Assembly (NCBI GenBank): GCA_050744325.1
Contig: JBOGHK010000015.1
Location: 11,998-75,997 of the forward strand
Origin: Acidimicrobiales bacterium
GTDB lineage: Bacteria > Actinomycetota > Acidimicrobiia > Acidimicrobiales > VFJN01
Length of the DNA: 64,000 nucleotides
Direction: 5' to 3'
Below are positions 57,117 to 64,000 of this stretch, piece after piece. The first letter of the stretch is position 1. The number at the start of each line of letters is the position of its first letter. The notes under the pieces are model-generated. The model had not been told where the DNA came from. It worked only from the letters and a program-made list of their open reading frames with translations, and did no database searches. A program made the position numbers and the translations under genes.

Positions 57117-58415
57117 GTGACCCGACTCCGTACCTACGTGCTCGACACCTCGGTGCCGCTGGCCGACCCGTGGGCCTTCAGCCGCTTCGCCGAGCACGAG
57201 GTGGTCGTGCCGCTCGTGGTGCTCATCGAGCTCGAGGCCAAGCGCCACCATCCCGAGCTGGGATGGGCGGCCCGCGAGGCCCTCCGCCATCTCGAGGAGT
57301 TGCGCCTCCGTCACGGGTCGTTGCTCCAGGCCATGCCGGCCAACGAGGACGGGGGCACGCTGCGGGTCGAGGTGAATCATCAGGAGACCGCGGGCCTGCC
57401 GACGGCACTCCACACCGAGTCGAACGACCATCGCATCCTGGCGGTGGCCCGCAGCCTGGTCCACGAGGGCCGCGACGTGGTGGTCGTCACCAAGGACCTT
57501 CCGCTCCGGCTGAAGGCGTCGATCGTGGGCCTGGCCGCCGACGAATATCGCAGCGAGATGGCCGTCGACGAGGCGTGGGCGGGCGTCGTCGAGCTCGATG
57601 TCTCGGGTGCTGTGGTCGACGAGCTCTTCGAGGCCCATGCCGTGGACCTGGTCGAGGCCGAGGAGCTACCGGTCAACACCGGCCTGGTCCTTCACGCGGG
57701 ACAGCAGTCCGGCCTGGCGCGCTTGCACGACGACAAGCGGGTGCACCTGGTGCGGGCAGATCGCTCGCTCTTCGACGTGCGGGGACGGTCGGCCGAGCAG
57801 CGGATCGCGCTCGACCTGCTGGCCGACCCCGAGGTCGGCATCGTGAGCCTCGGTGGGCCCGCGGGCACCGGAAAGAGCGTGCTCGCACTCGCCTCCGGCC
57901 TCGACGCCGTGCTCGAGGCGCACAGCCACCACCGAGTGGTCGTGTTCCGGCCGATCTACGCGGTCGGCGGCCAGGACCTCGGGTTCCTGCCTGGCACCGA
58001 GGCCGAGAAGATGGCGCCCTGGGGCGCGGCGGTGACCGATGCCCTCGAAGCCATCGCCGGCCAGGAGGTGATCGACGAGGTGTTCGCCCGCGGGCTGCTC
58101 GAGGTTCTGCCACTCACCCACATCCGCGGCCGCAGCCTCACCGACAGCTTCGTGATCATCGACGAGGCACAGAACCTCGAGCGCGGCGTGTTGCTGACCG
58201 CGCTGAGCCGGATCGGCCAGGGCAGCCGGGTCGTGCTCACGCACGACGTCGCCCAGCGCGACAACCTGCGGGTCGGGCGACACGACGGCATCGCCTCGGT
58301 GATCCAGAGCCTCAAGGGCCACCCGCTGTTCGGCCACGTGACCCTCACCCGGCCCGAACGCAGCCCGGTCGCGGCGCTCGTCACCCAGGTGCTCGACGAG
58401 ATCTCGCCGCTCTGA
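57117..58415 (+). CDS. PhoH2 (N-terminal PIN domain fused to PhoH-like ATPase / RNA helicase)
   Basis: PIN motif YVLDTSVPL...HRILAVA and PhoH Walker [16 protein letters not shown]. Start at GTG 57117. The in-frame ORF extends upstream to 56865. Confidence 0.8.
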   Translation: MTRLRTYVLDTSVPLADPWAFSRFAEHEVVVPLVVLIELEAKRHHPELGWAAREALRHLEELRLRHGSLLQAMPANEDGGTLRVEVNHQETAGLPTALHTESNDHRILAVARSLVHEGRDVVVVTKDLPLRLKASIVGLAADEYRSEMAVDEAWAGVVELDVSGAVVDELFEAHAVDLVEAEELPVNTGLVLHAGQQSGLARLHDDKRVHLVRADRSLFDVRGRSAEQRIALDLLADPEVGIVSLGGPAGTGKSVLALASGLDAVLEAHSHHRVVVFRPIYAVGGQDLGFLPGTEAEKMAPWGAAVTDALEAIAGQEVIDEVFARGLLEVLPLTHIRGRSLTDSFVIIDEAQNLERGVLLTALSRIGQGSRVVLTHDVAQRDNLRVGRHDGIASVIQSLKGHPLFGHVTLTRPERSPVAALVTQVLDEISPL

Positions 58416-58593
58416 GCGGTCTGGCTGCCTGTCGCGTGACGACCGACGACGCCAGCACTGCGCCATCGGCCGAGACTGTCACACCGCTCACGTAAGGTAC
58501 TGCCAGGGTTTGTGATCCCCCTCCGGCGCACCTAGGTCCGAGCTGGGAAGCGGTCGCCTCTTCACCCGCTCGACCTGCTCGAGGAGGCGCGCC

Positions 58594-59598
58594 ATGCCGC
58601 GTACCCGTCCGCTCCCTACGTCCCGTTCGTCTTCCCCTGTCTCCGGTCCGCTCCCGCTCGCCCAGCTCGTCGCCGACGTCAGCTCGGCGCTGGACGGTCA
58701 CGAGCCCGGCACCTTGCTCCGGGTCACCGGCAACCCCGTCGAGCTCGGATTCCGGCACCTCGGTGCCGAGCATCCGCTCGACGTCCTGATCGGGTTCACC
58801 GCACCGCGCGACTGGCTCGCACTCGGGGTCCACTGCTCCGGGCGGGCGTTCTCGCTCGACCACGCTCCGCCCGAACCACAGGCCGTGATCATCACCACGC
58901 TCGTCGACCGCTCGGGCCGGGGGGCCGGCCTGCTGCGCTACCTCCCGTCTGGTGGTCGATCGGCGACCAGGGGTCCCGACGACAGCGACCGGGCGACCGC
59001 CCGCGCCGGCAACGGCGACGACGACGGCGACGGCGAGGTGGTCACCCGCTACGACGATGCTCCCGAGGGGCTGATCGGCGATGCCTGCCGACGAGCCCTG
59101 GGTGTGCCGACGGCCCCTCCGCCGGCCAGCACCGCCGAGCTCTGGCTACGTCTGTGGCTCGACCGGGTGGTCGAGGCCGCGGTGTTCTCGGGCCGGGACG
59201 ATTGCAAGCTCGGATGGAACGACGTGGTGGCGCTGCATCCGGCGGCGACGCTTGGCTCGGGCGGTCGCGGCGGCGCCATGGCCGGCCCGGCGGCCCTCGA
59301 CGATCCCTACGCGGTAGCGGAGATGACGTTGGCGCTCGCCGAGCGGTGGGATTGGGCGCGGCTCCGGCGCGATCCCGAGGTCCTGGCATTCGCCGGTCCA
59401 CCGGTGACACCCGACCTGGCGGCCTGGATGGACGACGGCATGTTCGCCCGTGTGGTCCTCGCCGACCTCGCCGCGCTGCCGGTCGTCGCACGCACGACCC
59501 GGTTGTTGCTCCCGCAGTCGTTGCTCGACGACATCGACGACGTGATCATGGCCACCGGGCTGCAGTCGTGCCCGTCATCCGAGGCGGTCGCTCAATGA
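58594..59598 (+). CDS. Hypothetical protein (no recognizable domain)
   Basis: Strong RBS gaggagg 7 nt upstream of ATG 58594. 334-aa Ala/Arg/Asp-rich protein. Confidence 0.5.
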   Translation: MPRTRPLPTSRSSSPVSGPLPLAQLVADVSSALDGHEPGTLLRVTGNPVELGFRHLGAEHPLDVLIGFTAPRDWLALGVHCSGRAFSLDHAPPEPQAVIITTLVDRSGRGAGLLRYLPSGGRSATRGPDDSDRATARAGNGDDDGDGEVVTRYDDAPEGLIGDACRRALGVPTAPPPASTAELWLRLWLDRVVEAAVFSGRDDCKLGWNDVVALHPAATLGSGGRGGAMAGPAALDDPYAVAEMTLALAERWDWARLRRDPEVLAFAGPPVTPDLAAWMDDGMFARVVLADLAALPVVARTTRLLLPQSLLDDIDDVIMATGLQSCPSSEAVAQ

Positions 59599-60662
59599 GG
59601 GCCGGATGCCGGGTTGATGGCCTCGGCAAGGGGGGCGTGCAGCCGACGATCCAGGGTGCGCCAGTCGTAGATCGAGCCGCCGATCGCCTCGGCCTCGTCG
59701 ACGGCATCGGCGAAGCCGGCCGCGTGCGCGTCGGTCACCTCGTCGCCGATACCTCCGACCGCGTGGATCACCGCCTCGGGGTCGTCCAGGTCGTCGCGCA
59801 GGCGCTCGAGGTTCTCGGCGGTGTACACGGCACCGTCGCGGTAGCCCGAGTCGGCCCGCCGCTCGGTCCAGTAGCCCATCGGCAGCCAAACGTCGTACAG
59901 GTTCGACAGCTCCTGCCACGGGAAGTCGGGCCACTTGTCCGGATTCACCACCTCGATCTGCACCGGCGGCAGCACGATCGCCCCCAACGCGTCCGAGCCG
60001 ACGCCGGAACGCAACCGCTCGGACAGCTCGACGAGCTTGCGCGACCGTTGGTCGTGGTCGGCGATGCTCTCGGTCCACTCGATGTCGACCGCGACACCGT
60101 CGAAGCGGTGGCCGACCACCTCGAAGTCGGCGATGGCCTGCAGGTGGTCGAGGTCACGGTCGATGTCGCCGAACTTCGGCAGGTACCAGCCGACGACCCT
60201 GATGCCTGCCCGTTGCGCCCGCACCAGGATCTGCGCGACCCGGGCCGGGTCGGCCAGCAGGCCCGACGACGGGCCGTCGGCCTTCGCCGCCTGCAGGTAC
60301 AGCGTCCGCACGCCCTGTCGGGCCATCTCGTCGACCGCGGCGACGTCGAACGCCGGGGTGCCCGACGCCTCGGCCGGGACGAAGTCGTAGACGTCGACCC
60401 ACGTGCCATAGCCGGCATAGGCGTCGACGGTGCGGTCGCCGACCGCGGGTGCCGTCTCGGTGAGCGTCGCCGGCAGCCCGGCGAGGCCGTGGTTCTCCGT
60501 GGCTGGCTCCGCTGGCACGACCGTGACGTGGTGCAGCAATGCCGCGAGCTGTGCGACGGCGAGCACGGTGACAGCGCAGCCCCCGATCGTCGCCGCGGCG
60601 ACGATCCGCTGCCGGTGCTTGCGCTTCATGCCACGCAACGTAGCGAGCAGGCCACTCTTCAT
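59592..60662 (-). CDS. Secreted TIM-barrel glycoside-hydrolase-like protein (GHL/DUF4015-type), function uncertain
   Basis: Signal/anchor segment RIVAAATIGGCAVTVLAVAQLAALL. Motifs YLQAAKADG, GWYLPKFG and the 3' end overlaps the convergent upstream gene by 7 nt. Confidence 0.45.
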   Translation of the reverse strand: MKSGLLATLRGMKRKHRQRIVAAATIGGCAVTVLAVAQLAALLHHVTVVPAEPATENHGLAGLPATLTETAPAVGDRTVDAYAGYGTWVDVYDFVPAEASGTPAFDVAAVDEMARQGVRTLYLQAAKADGPSSGLLADPARVAQILVRAQRAGIRVVGWYLPKFGDIDRDLDHLQAIADFEVVGHRFDGVAVDIEWTESIADHDQRSRKLVELSERLRSGVGSDALGAIVLPPVQIEVVNPDKWPDFPWQELSNLYDVWLPMGYWTERRADSGYRDGAVYTAENLERLRDDLDDPEAVIHAVGGIGDEVTDAHAAGFADAVDEAEAIGGSIYDWRTLDRRLHAPLAEAINPASGPH

Positions 60663-60791
60663 GGCGGACCACCACCCCCGGGGAACGGCCATGGACGAGC
60701 TGTCCGTAACGCTACGACGCCGGGACGCTGCCCGCCCGCCCCGGATCCTGTCGGTAGGTCGGCCGACGTCGCGGCCGAGCCCCGGGGAGGG

Positions 60792-62063
60792 TCAGCCGAA
60801 CGCGCCGCCCTTGCGCAGCGCCGCGATCTCGTCGTCGGTGTAGCCGACGGTCTCGCGGAGCACCTCGTCGGTGTGCTCCCCCACCGTCGGCGCCTTGCTC
60901 GGCGGCGCGAGAGCCTCGTCGAACAGCTTGACCGGGAGCGCAAGCTGCTCGGTGCCGAGGACGTCCCGGGGCAGGAACCCCATGCGGTCCTGGAACTGCG
61001 GGTCGTCGGCCAGCGTCCTGGGTGTGTTCACCGGGGCGATCGGCGTGTTCTCGGCCTTGCCGAACGCGATCCACTCCTCGCTGGTGCGGGTCGCGAAGAT
61101 CGTGCGCAGCTCGGCCTGCAGCTCACGGTTGCCCGGTGCGTGGTCAGCGACCCGCGATCCGGGGAAACGCTCGAACAGGTCCCCTCGGCCGACGCCGGCG
61201 CAGAAGTTCCGCCAGAACTCCTGCTCCGACGCTTGGAACAGAACGTGGCCGCCGTCTTTAGCCGCGTAGATCTGGTAGCGGACGCCATGGCGCATGCCCG
61301 CGGTGCCGGGCGCTCGGCGCTCGTAGTCGTCGGACTTGTTGCCGGTCACCTCGGCCTCCGGCCGCTCGTAGGCCTTCCAGGTCTCGCTGCGCAACCAGTC
61401 CATCGCCGCCGCGGCGTCAGACTGGGCGATCTCCATGCGGCAGCCCTCGCCGGTCGCCCGGGCCCGGATGATCCCGGCGAGGATGCCCAGCGCCCCGAAC
61501 AGGGGCCCCGCGTGCATGCCGATCGACGGATGCTCGGGGATCGCGCAGAACCCTTCGTCGTCGATCTCCGGGCGCACCAGCCCGGCCCAGGTGTCGTAGG
61601 CCACGCCGTGGCTGGGCATGTCCTTGTAAGGCCCGGTCATGCCGAAGCCCGAGATCGTGATGAACACCAGCTTCGGGTTGATCGCGCGCAGCGCCTCGAA
61701 CCCGAGGCCCCGGCGTTCCAGGCCCCCCGGCCGCATGGCCTCGACCACGGCGTCGGCCCGGCGCGCGAGGTCGCGGAAGGCCTGCTGGCCGCCCTCTGTC
61801 CGCAGGTCAAGGGTCACCGAGCGTTTGCCCCGGTTGATGTGGAGGTGCATCAGCGACACCCCGTCCACGATCGGCCAGGTCATCTCGCGGATGTAGTCCC
61901 CGGATGGTGGCTCGACCTTGACGACCTCGGCACCGAGGTCAGCGAGGTGGGTGGTGATCGCAGCGGGGCCGAGCAGCGAGCACTCGACGATCCGGACTCC
62001 GGCCAACGGCCCTCGACTCACCTGATGCCCCCTTCCTGGTCGGGCCGGCTCGCCCGACGACAT
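60792..62063 (-). CDS. Family III CoA-transferase (CaiB/BaiF)
   Basis: GVRIVECSLLGPAAITTHLADLGAEVVKVEPP N-terminal signature. Start at ATG 62063; the listed ORF's N-terminal extension is rejected. Confidence 0.85.
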   Translation of the reverse strand: MSSGEPARPGRGHQVSRGPLAGVRIVECSLLGPAAITTHLADLGAEVVKVEPPSGDYIREMTWPIVDGVSLMHLHINRGKRSVTLDLRTEGGQQAFRDLARRADAVVEAMRPGGLERRGLGFEALRAINPKLVFITISGFGMTGPYKDMPSHGVAYDTWAGLVRPEIDDEGFCAIPEHPSIGMHAGPLFGALGILAGIIRARATGEGCRMEIAQSDAAAAMDWLRSETWKAYERPEAEVTGNKSDDYERRAPGTAGMRHGVRYQIYAAKDGGHVLFQASEQEFWRNFCAGVGRGDLFERFPGSRVADHAPGNRELQAELRTIFATRTSEEWIAFGKAENTPIAPVNTPRTLADDPQFQDRMGFLPRDVLGTEQLALPVKLFDEALAPPSKAPTVGEHTDEVLRETVGYTDDEIAALRKGGAFG

Positions 62064-62144
62064 GCCGCCGCCGCGGCGAGGATGCCAGACTATCTGACAC
62101 ACCGTCAGATTCTGAAGATCGGACAGCAGGACGGGGCCCCAGGC

Positions 62145-64000
62145 ATGGATCTCTCGCTCTCCACCGACCAGACCATCCTCCGCGATGCGGTCGCGCGCCT
62201 CTACGGCAAGGAGTCGGGCCCCGAGCGCGTGCGCGGCGCCGAGAGCACCGGTTTCGACGACGGGCTCTGGCGGGCCCTGGCGCAGATGGGGTTGCCCACG
62301 ATGGGAGTGCCCGAGTCCCACGAGGGCGGCGGCGCCAACCTCACCGACCTCGCGGTGGTCGCCGAGCAGCACGGCGCCTTCCTCGGCAGTGCCCCGCTGA
62401 TCGAAACCATGGTCGTCGCCCGCCTCCTCGCCCGCTGTGCCGGCCCGGCTGCGGCCGCCACCGAGCGCGACGGGCGCGAGCGGAGGAAGGCCAGCGACCC
62501 ACCGGTCGCAAGCCCTGCCACCGGTGGTCGTGGTGACGGCGGAGCCAACGCCACGAGCTTGTTGCACCAGCTGATGGAAGGGTCGCCGGCGGGGTTCGCG
62601 GTCCGCCCGGCTGTCGGGCACACGGCGACACTGGTGCCGGGCGGGTCGGTCGCCGCCGTGGTCGTCGCCATCGACGGCAACGAGCTGGTCGCCGTCACCC
62701 CGGACCCGCCACCGCCCCGCCGACCCACGACCCACCACGGCGCAGTTGCCGACATCGCCCTCCTCGCCCCAGCGATGTCGACCACCAAGGCCGAGGCCGC
62801 CGGGTATCGCCGGACGGTGCTGGCCTCCGGCGCCGAGGCCCCCGTGCTGTACGCCACTGCGCTCGACGAGTGGCGGGTGCTGACCGCCGCTGCGCTGGCC
62901 GGGCTGGCTCGAACAGCCCTCGACCTGGGCGTGCGGTACGTGAAGGAGCGGCACCAGTTCGGGGTCCCGATCGGCTCGTTCCAGTCCATCCAGCACCGCC
63001 TGGCCGACCTGCACACGGCCACCGACGGCGCCCGCCTGCTGGCGTACGAGGCGGCCTGGGCGGCTGACGTCGGCCAACCTACGGCCGGCGCCCTCGCGGC
63101 ACAGGCCTTCTGGTTCTGCGGCGAGACCGCCGAGGACGCCGCCGGGGCCAGCCTGCACTTCCATGGCGGCTACGGGTTCATGCTCGAGTACGACGTCCAG
63201 CTGTATGTGCGCCGGGCCAAGGGCTGGCGGCTGCTGGCCGGCGACCCCCGCCACCAGCTACGCACCATCGCCAGGCGCCGCTGGCGCGAGCCTGCAGCCC
63301 CCACCGCCGACGCGCCGGTCCGACGCGAGGGCATGGACTTCCAGCTCGATGCCTCCACCCTCGCCTTCCGCTCCGAGGTCCGAGCCTTCCTCGACGAGCA
63401 CCTGAACCCCGACATCGTCGAACGCGCCCTGGCCACCGGCACCATGCACGACTGGGGCCTGCACCGCAAGCTGTGCGAGCGCGGCTATCTCGCCGCGGGG
63501 TGGCCCACAGAGGTGGGCGGTCTCGGCCAGTCGGCGGTAGCCACGACGACGCTCATGCAAGAGCTCTACCGGGCCGGCGCGCCCGTCGACGGAATGGCCA
63601 TCGCCGCACTCGTCGGGGCCACCCTGCTGCTGCGGGGCAACGAGGTCCACAAGCGCGAGGTGCTGCCGCGGATCCTGGCCGGCGAGGCGATCTGCTGCCT
63701 CGGCTACAGCGAGCCCGATGCCGGGTCGGACGTCGCGGCGGTCCAGACCCGCGCGGTGCCCGACGGCACCGAGTGGGTGATCAACGGCCAGAAGATGTTC
63801 ACCACCATGGCGCACGAGGCCGAGTACGTCTTCTTGCTCACCCGCACCGATCCCGACGTTCCCAAGCACCAGGGGCTGACCATGTTCCTGGTGTCGACGG
63901 CCACGCCGGGCATCGAGATCACCCCGGTCGAAACCCTCGGCGGCGAGCGCACCAACATCACCTTCTACACCGACGTCCGGGTGCCGGACACGTGTCGGGT
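62145..64000 (+). CDS. Acyl-CoA dehydrogenase family protein with tandem ACAD domains (FadE34-like di-domain arrangement), 3' partial
   Basis: Frame 0 is open from ATG 62145 to the window end. First module: ACAD-like N-terminal helical domain plus C-terminal domain (FGVPIGSFQSIQHRLADLHT, FHGGYGFMLEYDVQLYVRRAK). Second module starts near 63330 (MDFQLDASTLAFRSEVRAFL...CCLGYSEPDAGSDVAA). Confidence 0.6.
   Translation, partial: MDLSLSTDQTILRDAVARLYGKESGPERVRGAESTGFDDGLWRALAQMGLPTMGVPESHEGGGANLTDLAVVAEQHGAFLGSAPLIETMVVARLLARCAGPAAAATERDGRERRKASDPPVASPATGGRGDGGANATSLLHQLMEGSPAGFAVRPAVGHTATLVPGGSVAAVVVAIDGNELVAVTPDPPPPRRPTTHHGAVADIALLAPAMSTTKAEAAGYRRTVLASGAEAPVLYATALDEWRVLTAAALAGLARTALDLGVRYVKERHQFGVPIGSFQSIQHRLADLHTATDGARLLAYEAAWAADVGQPTAGALAAQAFWFCGETAEDAAGASLHFHGGYGFMLEYDVQLYVRRAKGWRLLAGDPRHQLRTIARRRWREPAAPTADAPVRREGMDFQLDASTLAFRSEVRAFLDEHLNPDIVERALATGTMHDWGLHRKLCERGYLAAGWPTEVGGLGQSAVATTTLMQELYRAGAPVDGMAIAALVGATLLLRGNEVHKREVLPRILAGEAICCLGYSEPDAGSDVAAVQTRAVPDGTEWVINGQKMFTTMAHEAEYVFLLTRTDPDVPKHQGLTMFLVSTATPGIEITPVETLGGERTNITFYTDVRVPDTCR

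Noticed and set aside
62185-63405. Short plus-strand ORFs (62185..62400, 62870..63067, 63163..63405) and the 820-aa minus ORF extension (62064..63254)
   Set aside because: They overlap the long unterminated frame-0 ORF from 62145 that encodes recognisable acyl-CoA dehydrogenase motifs. The minus-strand extension beyond 62063 is low-complexity and antisense to that gene.
1-64000. CRISPR arrays, rRNA or tRNA genes
   Set aside because: Tandem repeats present (33-nt, 48-nt, 51-nt, hexamer) are two to five copies, are in-frame coding or promoter duplications without spacer-like unique inserts, and no cas genes occur. No region of about 75 nt with tRNA-like conserved T-loop or anticodon-stem features, and no rRNA-like lower-GC structured stretch, was seen in any intergenic gap.

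Overview
High-GC (about 70%) chromosomal segment that looks actinobacterial: it carries the F420 gene fbiD/cofC next to gpsA, the SOS mutasome genes imuA'-imuB and dnaE2, and mycobacteria-like synteny. No rRNA, tRNA or CRISPR arrays are evident. Gene content is mostly housekeeping and accessory metabolism: a DUF885 protein, a PEBP lipoprotein, an AlkZ/YcaQ-like DNA glycosylase, two tandem HtrA proteases with an HxlR regulator, an AapJQMP-type amino-acid ABC transporter, a PadR regulator, glutamate dehydrogenase, GH38 and GH63-like glycosidases, gpsA-fbiD-PIG-L, a PEP-utilizing enzyme operon, LutABC, LOG, PhoH2, a CoA-transferase and an acyl-CoA dehydrogenase. The most unusual locus is a tightly packed minus-strand operon (about 33.8 to 25.8 kb) encoding an NfeD-like protein, a long flotillin (SPFH) and a 1735-aa multi-domain protein that ends in an AAA_5 (MoxR/midasin-type) ATPase module. 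This gene combination does not match any system I can name and is a candidate membrane-associated novel system. Other notable features are: (1) the SOS mutasome is split in two, with a canonical Cheo-type LexA box 10 nt upstream of imuA' and a degenerate box overlapping the dnaE2 start; (2) a perfect 19-bp-stem palindrome with flanking direct repeats sits at the imuA'/imuB junction; (3) a secreted protein built from 12 HAF-like repeats carries a (GACCGG)n microsatellite; (4) a split ArgZ/AgrE-type arginine dihydrolase plus archaeal-type ornithine cyclodeaminase gene pair is translationally coupled; (5) a DUF222/13E12-family HNH endonuclease gene lies next to a GC hairpin; (6) several in-frame coding tandem repeats occur, and one dehydrogenase-like ORF is interrupted by an in-frame TGA. 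All calls come from reading the translated ORFs and motifs. No database searches were run.
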